DNA from: Podarcis cretensis
Taxonomy: Eukaryota
Length of the DNA stretch: 64,000 nucleotides
Direction of reading: 5' to 3'
NCBI GenBank assembly: GCA_951804945.1
Contig: OX638156.1
Location: 43,896,001 to 43,960,000 of the forward strand
Both the position numbers and the translations under genes were made by a program. How positions within the stretch are numbered: position 1 is the stretch's first letter; each line of letters opens with the position of its first letter. The notes beneath the pieces are model-generated. The model made no database searches. It was not told where the DNA came from and was given only the letters and a program-made list of their open reading frames with translations. Below are positions 49,299 to 63,935 of the stretch, piece by piece.

Positions 49299-49535
49299 AT
49301 AATGTTTAAATGTATAGTGCAGTGAGGTCTAGAACAGAATATTGGGGACTTCTTTCATACACACACACACACACACCATTTGGATTGGTCTTTTCTGCTG
49401 CAAAGTGAATTACCATTTGCTTCTCATTTAGCAAACCAATGTCGCTATGTTAATGTTTTTGTCCTTGACTTTTTCCATTTCTCTTTTTTTTTCAAATGTC
49501 AACCAGCAGAGAGAAGCTCATTTTATCATAATGTA

Positions 49536-49754
49536 CCGCATTGGCCCGAATATAAGCCACACCCAAATATAAGCCGCACCTTTAAAATTGATTGGGGCGG
49601 GGAGAAGAAAAGAAAAATAAATACCCAAATATCAGCTGCTCCATTCCTCGCTGCTCCTGGCTGCATACTGTAAGGTTGCAAATATAAGCCACACTTTAAC
49701 TTTTCATCATCAGAATTTGGGGGAAAAGTGAGACTGATATTCAGGCCAATACGG
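49536..49754. mobile_element. Tc1/mariner-type MITE
   Basis: TIR ccgcattggcccgaatat / atattcaggccaatacgg; TA on both sides. Confidence 0.88.
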
Positions 49755-50789
49755 TATATGTCTACTGATATTTTTTGGGGAAATAAAAAGCGTTGTATAT
49801 TTGGTCATGGTTTTCGAAGTAGTCTTCCTTTACTCTTCATATGAAATTCCAGTAGCTTCTGGTAGGGAGTCAGTCCCTTTTGGCTACTTCTGGAATTGGT
49901 CTTGGCATTCCGTGTGCCTCTGGAGAAAGGTTGCATGCCAAAAAAAAAAGCTCTAAAATAAACTTGTACATTTCAACTTGTGTTTGGGCCATACCTCCCA
50001 CTTTGTGGTATTGACTTTTGTGAGTAAAATAAATGTTTCCTTTGAGCTATCCTGGCTTCTGAAATAAGTATCATCATATTTAGCTACTGTTAATAGCAAA
50101 TCTAGATATCTTTAATTAAGGGATCCTTCTCATGTGCTCTTACCATTGCCATGTGGAGGCCTCCAGGAAGGGCAGCTGTTTACTAGGGATTGATGGATCC
50201 AATGCAGTCTGGTCCATCCTGGTTCTACATGAAAGGGGAACTAGGTCCATGCCATCCCAATTAAATGGAAATCCTTTAAAATCTGAAGTGGAAATACAAA
50301 TTTCAAAGAAAAAAAACTTAAGAAGTGGTCTGAGGACTACAGCACTGCCTCTGTCCATTTTTTTTCCATTTCACAAAGCTCCAGAAGTGATCCAGCTGCT
50401 CACATTTTGAAATGGCAAAGCACAAGGAGCTTCTGATCACCATGCATGGTGAATAAAACAGAGCAAGTCCCCCTGGGATTTATGGGACTTGACTTTCTGT
50501 TACTCTCTGAGACTCCCCAATCTTTACATGAGTCAGTCCTTTTGCTTTTTTTGTTTTTACGTACAATGTCCTCCGAGAGTGATAGAATATAATCAAGTCC
50601 CATTGCTTTAGTCTAGTGGAACTTTCTCTAATGCATAGCGACATGAAACCCTGTGTGCTAGCAACCCCAGGCTGTGAATGGATAAATTCTGGAGTTTTGC
50701 AAAAGGGACTTAATAATAATACAGAGGCTTCAGAGGTGGTGTTAGGGACCTTCTGTTCCACCTCATGGCCATTGGCCTTTAGGGTGTCT

Positions 50790-51480
50790 TAGGTTCCATC
50801 TTGACCCTTTTCCTTTTCCTTATCCACATGACATTGAGAGAAATCATCCTGAAATTTGAGCTATCATGTCATCAGTATGTGGATGATGCAGAGCTGTCCC
50901 TCTCTCTTTGACCATCTAGTTCCAGGGAGGCTATGGAGAGACTAAACTGATGCCTGGAGGTAGCACGAGAACGAATGAGAGCAAATATTGATCTGAATGA
51001 GATGGAAGAACTGTGGTTTCAGAAGTCTACCGATGTGGATAAAGGTTTGTAAGTGGCTGAAAGGTGATTGCAGTTTGACTGCATCCTGGATTTTTTAACT
51101 GGTACAGGATGCCTCTGCCAGAATGTTTGTGAGTGCCATTTGGTCACAACTTCATGGATGTTTTAGCTGAGGTTCCTGCATTGCAGGGGACTGGATAAGG
51201 TGGCCCTTGGGTCCCTTCCAACTCTTTGATTCTATAATTCTATGTTTTAATATCAAGACAAGACCAACTGTATTGGCTGCTTCAAGTAATTCCAGGCTCA
51301 TCTTAAAGTGTTGCTGTTGACCATTACAGCCATATCTAGTTTGAGATCAGCTTATCCGAAGGACTGTCTGAACCCATGCAGTCCTTTCTTCCAATTCCCA
51401 CTCACAGGTCTTCCATCAAGATCCATCAGAGTGGTGGACACTCAAGACAGAAGCTTTTTAGTAGCAGTTCCATATCTTTG
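50790..51480 (+). mobile_element. Decayed L2 RT remnant containing a CR1 3' tail at ~51150-51245
   Basis: CHQYVDDAEL (decayed YADD); CR1 tail gtcccttccaactctttgattctataattctatg. Confidence 0.7.
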
Positions 51481-51482
51481 GA

Positions 51483-51852
51483 AGGTAAAGGTAAAGGTAC
51501 CCCTGCCCGTACGGGCCAGTCTTGACAGACTCTGGGGTTGTGCGCCCATCTCACTTAAGAGGCCAGGGGCCAGCGCTGTCCGGAGACACTTCCGGGTCAC
51601 GTGGCCAGCGTGACATCGCTGCTCTGGCCAGAGCCAGAGCCAGAGCCGCACACGGAAACGCCGTTTACCTTCCCGCTGGTAAGCGGTCCCTATTTATCTA
51701 CTTGCACCCGGAGGTGCTTTCGAACTGCTAGGTTGGCAGGCGCTGGGACCGAGCAGCGGGAGCGCACCCCGCCGCAGGGATTCGAACCGCCGACCTTTCG
51801 ATCGGCAAGCCCTAGGCGCTGAGGCTTTAACCCACAGCGCCACCTGCGTCCC
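51483..51852 (-). mobile_element. Sauria SINE, young (CpG-rich) and full length
   Basis: Reverse complement starts gggacgcaggtggcgctgtggg, B box ggttcgaatccc, tail acctttaccttt; internal (gccaga)3 expansion. Confidence 0.95.
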
Positions 51853-54123
51853 TCGCCACAACTCTCCTCCAAATCATGTACGAGGACTTCATTATTAGTT
51901 TTTGAATGGACCTTATAAATGTAATTGTTCCAAACGGTATTATCTTCAAAGTTCCTGAAAATTCTTCTGGGTTCTAATTTTGGGAATGGATTCTTTAATA
52001 TTTATATATGTATACGAACATTTCTAAACCACCAATTAAATAAATTGTGGTGATGTACAATAAAATTATTAAAACATCATAAAAGTAGAAAAAAGTTGTG
52101 TGCAGTGAGGACTTGTCCTGTGCCAAGGTATATTAGGTCTAGCACATTTTCTGCTTGTCCCGTGCTTCTTAGGCACAGGTCCAAGCAGTTTTTCATTTGC
52201 CCTGCTGCTTTCCATGAGAAACCCCACGGTTTACCATGGAATTTGGAATGAACGTCAACTCGCAGAAAAAATTGATTGACATTTGTTCCGATTCAGCGGT
52301 AAATAGTGGGTTTCCCCAAGTGAAAGCAAAGGGACAAGTGGAAGTGTGGACAAGCCCTGAGTCAAATTAATTCTCTAAATATGCTAAGCAGAAGAAAAAA
52401 AAGTGCTAGGCAAAAGAAAAAAAGTGTTGGCAGGTGATGACATATCCAGATTGTAGGTGCTTGACAGATTTCCATAGGGACAGTGTTCCAAATGACTGGT
52501 GCAGCTGTGCTAAAAGACTTGGTTTTCATAGAAACTAAACAAACATAACTGTGGAACAACAATTTTGATTACCTCTGGAGATCATGATTAGTAAGATTCT
52601 GGTTAGACATAGAAGAACCTAGAGGATTTCTGAAAACCCAGCAAAACTCATTTAACCAAGACTTACTGTGAAAACCCAAAAGTTTAGTTAAGAACTAAAA
52701 GACTCAGGCCAAGTTCAGATGTTTCTGTCCACGCCTGTAGCAATTCTGCAAAACTGCTTTGTTCAAACAATGGCTGAAAACAAACAAATAAACCAAGGAC
52801 AGTTAGCCCGAATCAAATATGACAGTGATCTGCAAATAAACTGTGATCCTTTATGACTGTGATAAGACTGTGAACTTTTCAATGAGTCTGGACGAAAATG
52901 TCCAGGCACCAGAATGAGGCAGTCAGCAAAACGTGACAACAGATCACCCGGTTGCCTCTGTCACTGTTCCCCATATGTGGCAATATGGTGTGACTGTGAT
53001 GTTCATACTATAAGACCAAAGTGACACTTGACCACACTGTGACGACAATGCCAGAAAAGATTTGGCATTCGCAATTAACATTCAAAGGACACAGATGTAG
53101 GCAATGTTAGGCAGATTATATAAGCTTCATTGGCATCATGGGGGGGGGGGGGATGATGCCATGGCTGGTAACTGAAGACAGAGCACAAACTTTGTTTCTA
53201 AATGCAGTCTTGTAAACTTTTTAGGTGCTATGGAAGCTTACTTACTTAGAAGATGCCTGTGTTACCATTCAGTAAATTGCAACAAATGTTGTGCAAGCAA
53301 ATAATGAAAAGTAAGTATTGAAAAAAACACTACAACAATATATTATGAGAAGCAATTAAAGCAGCCCATTTCTATAATGCTTCCAGTCAAGTCTTGATGT
53401 AGCAGCATGAAGGGAATGCAGGGAGATGAAGGAAAACATGATTTAGGATAGTCCCTCAGAGCCATAAATAAGTCACAATCAAATCTTAACACAGCTGCCT
53501 TATTTGGAAGAATCAATATGGGAAAGTGCATTTGTGGGACCATTCAAAGTCCTGCCACAAAGCCTTAAAGCCATGAATGGCTTTGGGACAGGTGACCTGA
53601 AGGTTCCCTTTCTTCCAAATATACCTGCCTACGTTCTCAGTCCTTCTTCAGGTACACTGCCAAATGTGGTCCGATGGGTGGCTACTAGAGAGAGGACCTT
53701 TTCAGTGGCAGCAGCTCATTTGTATCCTCCTCAGAAAACTCACCTGCTGACCTTCTAACTTTATTTTATTAAGTAAAATGCCTATACCAATGAATAACAA
53801 AAATACCTCTAAGCAGTTTATATAAAATGGTGTGGCCCCTGGGCTGGTTTCAAATGGCCCCCTAGGCAATTTTGAAAAAGCAATCTCTTGCGGCCCCAAA
53901 GCGCCTGCCCACCAAAGCCATTTTCTTTTTGCGGGCTTGTCATGAGCTCTCCCATTTGCGCGGGGGGCGTGGCTAGCCCCCGCACCATTAGGGAGTCCCC
54001 GGCTGCGTCACTCCTTGGGTTGACCTTGGGACGTTGATGCTGCAACAATGGCGGTGGCAGAGGGGCAGCCACCGCCTTGACCCAGTGCCGGATTTATGTA
54101 CAGGCTAAGTCGGCTGAAGCCTA

Positions 54124-54338
54124 GGGCCTCTAAATCTAGGGGGCCTCGCCAGCCTGCCCTCTCCCCAGTGCTGCAGTCTCCCCTTCCCAAAATTGCAAAC
54201 CCAAGACTTCATGTGAGATCAGGACAACTTGGGCCTCTAAATCTAGGAGGACTTGCCAGCCTGCCCGCTCCCCAGTGCCACAGTCTCTCCTCTCCCAAAA
54301 TTGAAAACCCAAGACTTCATGCAAGGGCAGGACAACTC
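54124..54338. repeat. ~107-bp tandem duplication inside a GC-rich hAT-like region
   Basis: gggcctctaaatctagg...cccaagacttcatg...caggacaact starting at both 54124 and 54231. Confidence 0.85.
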
Positions 54339-57042
54339 AGGCCCAGCAACTATGAGACTCAGGACTCTCAGTTAGGCAGCATGAAGCCTCCCCATCAAAG
54401 CAGAATGGGCCCCGATCCCATTCCTACTTGCGTGCAAGCAGAAGGGGACAGGGATCATGCCTCAGTTCTCATGCATGTTGTAGTCTCCATCATCTGGGGC
54501 AACAGTCTGACAAAGGCTGCTGTAGAGTCTCAGGAGCTGAAGCAGCCCAGGAAAGGAGATGCCAATAATAACGGAGAGCTTGTTTCTTTGAAGTTCAACC
54601 ACAGTCACTGTTCTCTTCTGCCTCCTCAACACCTAAGTGTAAATGTAAGTTAAACCCAACAATTTCTGTGGGGAACAATCCTTAAAAAAAGCTCAATAGC
54701 TTCAATCCTAAAAAAAAAGCTCGACAACTCTCTGGCCGGCCCTCACGAATGTTCACTTCATCAAATCCGGCCCGGTTTGAAAAAAGTTTGGACACCACTG
54801 CATTAGACATAATAGAATTACCAAAATATGGGGGAAATCAACGGTTTTAATATTAAACCATGAAGTACAATCAATAAAACTGAACTTCTCATTTTACAAA
54901 TCTGAAAAAGCAATAGTGTTGATTGTTCAAAATTGGAAAGCTTTTTTTTCACCATATGGTAAAGAGTGGCTTGGTATTTGCACTCATGGCTAAATTGACA
55001 TATTATTTAAGAGCAAGAACATCACAAATTGAAAGCAACACATTTAGAGAAATACGGTCCCCATTTACAGAATTTTGTCAAAGAAATTACTGCCTCCCAA
55101 TAGCACAATATGGTTTGAATCTGTTTTAAGTAGAATGGTTAATATTTTATGTATATTCTTAGAATGTAATTGTTTAAAATATTTGTTAATTTAATTCTTT
55201 AAATTAATTTTAGCAGCAATAAGTACTTCTTACCTGGTGTATGCGATTATTTAAAGCTGATTTGAAAATGTATATGGAATATCAACTAAAATTAAATATA
55301 ATTTGGATTAATGGGGAAGGGGAGTAACATACGTAACAAAACCATGAGTGCCTAAAGAAAAATATTTTTATTAAGCCTTGAAAATAGTAAAATGAAGGCA
55401 CTTCTTCCCAGTTTTGTCAATCTTAAAATGTTTGAGTGGATTTAGATCCTATGTATTTACATTCTTTGTTATTGTCAGTTTAACTCTTATTTGATGCTAT
55501 TGCTGGTTTACTTTTCTTTTAGAGTTCCTGTTTGTGCCTTATTTCTTTGAAGGCTTTTAATTTACACAAAGAGATTTTTATCTTATTGAGCTGTATATAA
55601 ATATTGCAAATAAATTAAAATAATTCAAGGATACTTGAACCACTACAGCAACTTCCTTCATAAAAGGCAGCCGTTATTTTCTCTGCCACTTTTGCTGCTG
55701 AGAGAACATGAATCATTTCCTTAGTGCAATGACAACAACTCTATCATGCAAGTGAGCCCATTGATATTTTTAAATGTTTGTTCATCTGCTCTCAACAAGA
55801 TGGGTTGTTGTTCTTTCTTCTTGAACAAGTGTAACATGATTGCTGAAGCCGTTGAATAATTGGCAAAAACAGAGGAGCAGGTGATTTAACGGGAGGAGGG
55901 AGACATTAAGTACAGTAAATATATCTCCACAAGTATGTTATTTTTTGAGGGTTTTGTGTATGCACTTTTCTGGATTTTTGAGGCAATCAAGCTCTGCTGA
56001 ATCTTGGTTCTTATCTGATATGGCTTTAAAGGGGGAATGAACAAACTTATGGAGGAGAAATCCATTGGTGGCTGTTAGGTTTGAGAGCGAAATGGAACCT
56101 TAATATTCAGAAACAAAATACCACTGAACCTTAAGTGAAAGGTGGGCAATAAATTAAAATAATGCTACTGATAATGCAAAATCTCTTCCTGTCAGAGGAC
56201 CATTTCCAAACTATGAGCAAAGCTTAGATAGGAAAGCACACTGAGGATGCCCTAAGATGTTCTCATCTTTTGCAATAATGTCTTGCTGCTCCTACTAAAA
56301 AGGAAGGCAGTAGTGCTGAGTAGAGGCAGATGGGGATACTCCCATGGGAATTCTACCTATCAGTCCATATTTTGAGTAATTAGCTTCCGCAGATTATACA
56401 GCTCCCAATTCCCTTCTAATGCTCTCCAGTCCCATCCAATTCTGGTGCGTCAAACTGGGAAGGTGGGGTTGAGCCACAATGACTTCTGCCCTCCTCCCAA
56501 CCGATCACAAAACAGTTTAAATAGAGTCTTCTCCATTTTCTGGGAAGCTGACACACCCTTCCTGAGAAATTCAGTCAAAACATTTTTATGGGTCAACTTT
56601 GCAAGAGCCCTAAAAGTGTCACATTAGTTACTATTTTTCTGCATATGTTGTATAGAGGCATGGATTTCAATTCAGAAAACCCTGTATTTAGTGGGGAGAG
56701 TTGCTTTTCCTGAAATAGCAAAGTACACCAGTATATGTTAGCCACACAAAGGAGCATTCCCTGCATTTGTCAAATGTGGCTCAAGGTAATGTGTGAACAA
56801 ACTTTCCCTTGGATCCTTTGCTCTCTCAGAGAAAAAGTTCCGGCCAACCTAATTTATTGTGCTAATTGCTTAATAACCCTCCACTTTGTCTCAAAAAATG
56901 TTTTCTTGAAGTCAACAGAACTTTACAGAAATCAACAAGGCAGGATTAGCTTTGAGCAATCTTTCTTCAGTGAGTCAACAAAAGGAAACAGATGCCTATA
57001 GCAAACATTTTTCATGGGGGAAGTAGATGTAATACTGTCCTA

Positions 57043-57870
57043 TCATAGACTCATAGAATTATAGAGTTGGAAGCGATTCTGAGGGTCATCTACACCAACC
57101 CTTGCAATGCAGGAATCTCAGCTAAAGCATCCATGACAGATGCCCATCCAACCTCTGCTTAAAATTCTCCAAGGAAGGAGAGTCCACCACTTCCCGAGGG
57201 AGACAGTTCTGCTATCAAACAGCTCTTACTGTAGGCAGGGCTGTCTTAAGCATATCTGGCGCTGTGGTGGAAAGATCCCTCCGGTGGCCCCTCCCGGCAA
57301 CTCCAAAACAAGGGAGGGGGTGGTGGAAAATGTCATCTGCCTCCCCCAACACCCCAATCCCTGGCGTGGCGGCGGTAATCAAGCAGGAAAACATGCTGGC
57401 GGACATGCTCTCCAGTGTCGGGGCGCCCAAGAAGGCAGCCCGGGAAGGTTGCGTGCTGCCTTTCGCCAGGAAGCAGGAGGAGGACAACAACCGGGAGCAG
57501 GGCCATCTTTAGCAGATGTAGAGGCTTGGGAGGGAAGCTGCACACCCGCCAGACATATAGTTGGTGGGGCGCAGCTGGTGGGCTTGCAGGGAATGGGGAG
57601 GCTGCTGGCAAAGCCGCACAGCTCCCCCACTCGCTAGGGCGCCCCTGAGAGACCGTCGCCCTGGCGCAACAAACCACTAACACCAATGGCAAAGACGGTT
57701 CTGACTGTAGGAAAGTTTTTTCATATTGTTTAGCTGGAATCTCCTTTCTTCTCCTTTCCAGTGAAGCCATTGGTTCAAGTCTTAGCCTTCGGAGCAGGGC
57801 AAAACATCTTCCATGTGATGTTCCCTTCACATATTTGAAGATGGCTATCATATCTCCTCTCAGTCTCTTC
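57043..57870 (-). mobile_element. CR1 LINE 3' end split by an hAT MITE
   Basis: (catagaat)-type tail at the left; KRLRGDMIAIFKY at the right; same family as 24608-25220. Confidence 0.9.
57236..57703. mobile_element. hAT-type non-autonomous element nested in CR1
   Basis: 8-bp TSD actgtagg (57228-57235 and 57704-57711); TIR cagggctgtctt / aagacggttctg. Confidence 0.9.
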
Positions 57871-59755
57871 TTGTGTGGCACACTCTCAAATATAGCAAAG
57901 AGCAGGTTTGTAAACTTTTCTGAGAAACCAGATGCTGTCCTAAAGATGTATTTGTGGGCTGATGCAATTAATTATTTGGCTGCCATGGGCAAAAAGTTAA
58001 ACATAAAATGGAGTTGTGAATAGGTGTGACTACTTTTCTAGAATGTTGTGTAGTCTGCATGCTTTATTCTCCAAGACCAGCCTATTAATAGCTGTCTACA
58101 TCAAACTCTGGGGCATTACGTTTTAACTCCCATCTCTGTTTCTGCAAACGTTTGGGGAAACTCACACCTTTGCAAAATGATGCAAGCTGATTTCACAGCA
58201 TAAAATATAAAAATAAATGGCTTGCCCATCTGTTGAGTTGGTTTCTGCTCTTAGCATTATATCTACTTGGATCTAGACCTTTTGCTCATGGTGGCCTCAG
58301 GATGAACTTAGGGGGGCGAAAGACATTGCAATTTGATGTTTGCACCAAGCTCCAGTTAAATACAAAGTTCCATTGCTCCATGTGAGATTTAGTGGATTGA
58401 AATCATTACCTTTCCCAGAGAGTTTAAGATTTAGAGATATTGCGACTTTACTTTAAATAACAGTTCAAGCCAGAGTTCAGAGTTAGGTTTTCATACCTGT
58501 CGGGATATTGTATGGACCTGCCAAATCTGTTCATACGTTATCATAAACTCAGGTGTTTGAGGTGGCGCCCCCTCCCTCAGAAGGAATAGGTAGAATAGAT
58601 GAACCTGCTTTAAGTATCGGTAGCTTCCTGAGACCACATGGCAGAAAGAAACTATTGGCATGAACTGACCAATAGCAACACAAAACTCTTTGTGGGGTTT
58701 CAGGCAGGGAGTCTTTCCCAGAAACTGTGCTGCTGCCACTGTTAATGGTGAGCCCCACTCCTAGGAAACTCTTGGAGTATTTCTCCCCTTCAAGGTGAAA
58801 TTTTGTGACACGGTTCTTCTTCTCTCAAATGTTTCTGCCCACAGACAGGATGGGTAACTCTGACAGGCCACATGTGCATTGTTCTGATTTAAATATTTTT
58901 AGGGCTGAAAATGTTTTGTGGGTGCCAGCAGCAATGAAATGCTTAATTGTAATCAATTTCTGTGCCAAATAATATGACTTTATTGTGCCCCAACATCGAT
59001 TCATGTTGAAGGGCTCTCTGGTTTTCTATTCTGAAGAGCAAATGCAACTTGTTAGAATGCCAAATGTTACATATTTACACACACACACACACATATCCCT
59101 CATGCCAAGTTAATTGAATTATTGTAGGTAATACATGATACAGCATGAACTGTATTTAATGCATGGGGCACAATCAAAAACATCTCCACATGAGCCATAT
59201 GTTTTCCAGAGTTTAAAATGGAAAGATAAATACCAAAAGCAAAACCACAGTCAGGTTAGCCAACCTGAGCCAGAAGAGCCAAAATATGCACTGCCTCCTG
59301 CCTGATCTTGACTAAATGCCATACGCCCCCACACATCTCTTGCAATACTCTGGCTAAAACTCACCATTTTCTTTCCTCCTGTCTCGTTTTTTCACACGAC
59401 CCCTGGAGGCCTCCTGAAATGCTCTTGCCTCCATTTTGTTTGGCCTCCTCCATCTTGAGTTGGTCTCAGAGTGAATTCACACACTCTCTTTTGAAATGGG
59501 CTGCACAAAGTACCTTGGAGTTAAATTAGTGCTATAGATGTTCAACAGGGTTTCTGTGTAATTGGATAAGATTCCCTGGTATGGTGGGGAAGAGATTGGG
59601 CCCTTGCTCCTGCTTTCACTGCATGGAAATCAGACCACATAAATGGGTGGGAACCACTCATGACATGGCAGTACATTTTTGGTATTTAAATTTGGGTTCT
59701 TCTTCACGCGATACACACATATTTTATAGCATTTGCAGCTATATTATAGCATTAG

Positions 59756-60150
59756 ATCACAGGAAGTTGCCTTATAATGACTCAAACCATTTGTTCAAGT
59801 GGCGCCCACCTTGTGGAATGCCCTCCCATCAGATGTCAAGGAAATAAACAACTATCTGACTTTTAGAAGACATCTGAAGGCAGCCCTGTTTAGGGAAGTT
59901 GTTAATGTTTGGTGTTTTATCATATTTTTAATATTCTGTTGGAAGCCGCCCAGAGTGGCTGGGGAAACCCAGCCAGATGGGCAGGGTATAAATAACAAAT
60001 TATTATTCAAGTGTCCCCGTATTGTCTAAATCCAGCTCTCCAGGATTTCAGGCAGGTATCACTCCCAGCCCTATTTGGAGAAGCTTGGGATTGGACCTGG
60101 AAACTTTTGCATGCAAAGCATACACTGTACCACTGAGCTATGACCCCATC
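59756..60150 (-). mobile_element. Squam2-like tRNA SINE split by an L2 tail
   Basis: Right end gtaccactgagctatgacccc (tRNA head, minus); left end aggaagttgccttata. Confidence 0.7.
59802..60005 (+). mobile_element. Short L2 3' end, same young family as 22596-23072
   Basis: APTLWNALPSDVKEINNYLTFRRHLKAALF; TSD ttcaagtg (59794-59801 and 60006-60013). Confidence 0.9.
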
Positions 60151-63100
60151 CTATGATCTATAAAGCTGCAGGCTTCACTATTCCCTCAGAGTTGATCTAC
60201 ACAAAACATAGCATAAGATGTTATAAGGCACAGACTTCTGGACTGTACCGTTTTAGACAGCAGGTGGTAGTGAAATTCTTTTTTTTCAAATTCATCTCAC
60301 ATAGCAGGAAAAAAACTCTCAATGTAGAAAATTAGCACAACATAAAGAAAAGTATTTTTGCAGCATTCTACATGATATGCTAGTTTATTATTGGGTTGTT
60401 TTGTTTTTATATTGGGGTGCATTCAAAAATGTGTCTCCTATGCCCAGTCTAAAGTAGTACAGTCCACAATTCTGCTACCTCCATTCTGCTGCCTCCATCT
60501 ACCACCTCATTAAGCATAATGTGCCAAATTTGGTTGTCATCTGGTAAGAGGATTTGAAACCACCGTTTCTGTGTTATTGTATCTCTCAGAGACCCTCCTT
60601 TTGTGTTTGCACACATGGATGGAAGTAATCTTTCATATTGGTTTCCACAACGTTTTCCTGTAGGAACATTATGAGGGATTCAGTATGATTACATTGCACC
60701 TGGTCCATGCATTAAAGCTGTCTTGTAAATTGCCACCTGGCTTTAAATAAATAAATCTCCTCCCGGACAGCTTAACTATAAATGTTCAGAAATATTAAAA
60801 GGATGCTGCCAAGATAAAATTCAGATGCTGAAGCTCAATTCCACCTGTGGATGTGCATATTTTGTATTGATTGGGGAACTGCAAGGAGCATAGAAATTAG
60901 TGTGGGGGTTACATTAGACCCCTTCCCAGCTCCCAAGCACAATCATCAGTATTATTATTTTTTGTCATAAGCTAAAAGAGAAATGTATTCAGTGAGAGAG
61001 ATTTGATAAAATGAAGTTGTTTGCATGAAAGCCTGTGATCTAAATGGAAGAGTACTTACCAAAACCCCCCCACGAAAAACCTTCTTGAGATGTTTGAGAC
61101 AAATCTGAATGAAATTTAACTTCAAGTCAGTGATTATAGCTGCAAATTATATAGTCTTCCTACACTTTGAATCATTTGGCTGTGATTGCTACTTTTAGTA
61201 AGGCTGATTGATGATGTCTGCTGAATCACACTGAACCTCTGGCTGTTCTTCTAAGCTACAGGACTCGGGTTGGCTTTGCACATAGTATGTGGTTATTATG
61301 ACAAGGCCATCATAATATTTACCTGAAAATGACTGCATGGTCCAATACTGATTAAGATTCTAACGTGCTGTGGCTTTTGTCACATGACCCATGAGACTGG
61401 GAAGTCCCCAATGTTGATTGCACTGAATTACAGCTTTACTTGTGGTTGAAGCTTCAGTTACAAAGGAGGGTACGTGCCTAGGGAGGCCATGTGTACATAG
61501 AGGAAAGCCATGTATTTAAGAACATAAGACCACAAGCAGAGCCCTGCTGGATCAGACCAGACTGAGGGCCCATCTAGTCCAGCACTCTCTTCTCTCACAG
61601 TGCTCAAACAGATGCCCATGGGGAGCCTGCAAGCAGCACCTGAGGGCAAGAACACTCTCACCACCTGAGATTCCCAGCAAACGGCAAACTGCCTGCAATG
61701 GTGGAGACAGAATATAGCCATCCTGGTTAGTAGCCATTTAAAGGGCCATCAGAAGATAGTTTAGTTTGAAAAAGTTCTCTGTTTGAAGGGCTGTCTGGTC
61801 CAAGTCCAGTTTAAAGATAAAGAGGAGAGACCATGGTGGGGAGGCCTCAAAATTGCCCATTAATAGCACTTCAGTGTCAGAGCACTTGCTTTCCCAGGTT
61901 CATTTTCTGGCATCCCTAAGGTCAAGAACCTCAGGAAGAAGATGCATTTGCTTGAAACCTGGTAGAGCTGCTTCCAGCCAGAGCAGACAGTCCTGGGCTG
62001 GATGGACCAGTGGTGCAACAGGCAGCTTCATTTATCTTCCCAAAGTTGGGGGATTTGCCATCCTGGTGTCTTAATTTGCCCCTTGATGTGTCAGGGACTG
62101 TTGAGACTAGTGGTTGGAAGAACCTGTGGGTCTGAACACACTGGTGAGCCACCAGGGCTCCAGACTGCTTTCCTAAGCTGCAAAGTACGGTACATAAAGG
62201 CTCTGGTCTGGCGCTAAATTTCTAGCTGTCATAACTTCTCTTTCATCTTGAGCTCACCTCTTTTTACAGCCCTCTCCTGGAAATGGAGCGGGCACCAGGA
62301 GCATCCTTGGTGGTCCCAACACCAATTGCACAGGAACTCACTGGTGGCACCAATGATGTGATCCACTTTAGGTTGAGGCAGAACCCACTTGTTAGGCCCT
62401 GTTCACCAGCTGAAGACAAATGTGCTACTGCTAATTTCTGTCCCCATCTTGGGTGCTTTGTGTAGCCCCTAGACAAATGTATCTGATCCAGCAAGACCCC
62501 ACCAATATTGGCAGCAGTGGTAAAAAACAGGGGCTTGGTATGGCATTGGGCTGGGCAGAGAGGTTTAATCCCCCACGCCCAGCGTGGCACCCTGATGGGC
62601 ACCCACCTCTGGCATGTGGCTCTTGGGGAGCTGGCAAAGGGCAGATGCATACCTCAAGCAAAAAACAAAAACAAAAAAGGTTACACAGTCCTGTCGTTCA
62701 ACAACTAAGACACTGTTTTCCAGAAATGCACAGGAGGCTATATCCACTGTTTGATTTCTGCACCTGCTCCTCTGCCGCTCATGTTAGTATAGGTGATCTT
62801 GTTCCAGGATGCTGCCTCTAAACCTTCCACCATCACAATACAATGTTAACACTTTGTTGACGCATGAATAACATTGATTTTTAAGCATACATATACATAA
62901 GGTCTCCAATATACTTGTTTCAAACAAATTCAGGGTTGCTGTTTTTTTTTTGGGGGGGGGGAATCTGGCCCATGATAAAAATTTACTGCTTTTTAAACAG
63001 AAATAGAAATGCATTTCCCATATGGGGTTAATTTAGAATCATATTACAATCAGATGTTCTGTTAAGTGGTAGAAAGCCCAGATGGAACTCTGATGATGAC

Positions 63101-63898
63101 CTTTCCTCAGAATAACCAAATCAGACAGCTGGTCCTTGTTACCAAGTTTATCATCTCTTATAAGCCACCAGGCAAGGATAAGCCTAATAGGAAAAACCCA
63201 CTTTTTCGCTCTGCTTCATCTCTGAGTAAAGTTTCATCTGTTCAGATGCCAAAGAAAATGAAAATGAAACTTATCTGTTTGCAGTACTCAAGTATCGGTC
63301 TTAATTTAACTTTCTGCTAAATGAAAACAATACTCCTCTGACTTGAGGAGTTGCAAGGGAGTTACAGGGCATTGATTTATTGGGAGGGTCTATACAGAAT
63401 AATGGTCTCTTTTTTGATATTCTCTTTTGGTTTGAATGTGAGTTCTATTAAGTTTGCCACCCCCAGTGGCAATGCCTTGATACACGACAGACCCTGTGAT
63501 CTAATCCAGTCACCAGAGTTCACTGGAGTTTCTCTTCCAACATGACCCTGACCTTCAATTTACTCCACACATTTGCACCAGATGGAATTTGGAACACTTT
63601 CCATGCAGTTGTACAACTCTACGGGAATTGTTTGTGCTTTAGTCCATTATTAATCACCATTCCTTCTAATAGCAAACATGAGTATTCCCAGGCTTATCAG
63701 TTTGAAAGAGAAATGGGGCTTGGTTTTGCTTCTGGAAAGCCCACAAGCAGCATGAAAGTGTAACATCTAGACATGACCTTTGACATCAGAAGGCTTCAGC
63801 ACTTGTAAACTTGTATTGGCCTGTAACCCTCTACACACAGCTGCTCCAGTCTAGCTAGGGGCATTTGAACACTTGTGTACACCTCGTTGAGGGATGAA

Positions 63899-63900
<2 letters not shown>

Positions 63901-63934
<34 letters not shown>
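63901..63934. repeat. (CA)n microsatellite
   Basis: Direct reading. Confidence 0.95.

Positions 63935-63935
<1 letters not shown>

Noticed and set aside
52570-53110. Ancient RTE LINE C-terminal remnant (CPICG-like motif)
   Set aside because: Too decayed to support by eye; needs a profile search
54096-54653. 185-aa ORF with an internal repeat
   Set aside because: Arises from the 107-bp tandem duplication in a GC-rich MITE-like region
57140-57881. Overlapping 165-182-aa ORFs
   Set aside because: Chimeric reading across CR1 and a GC-rich hAT MITE with few stop codons
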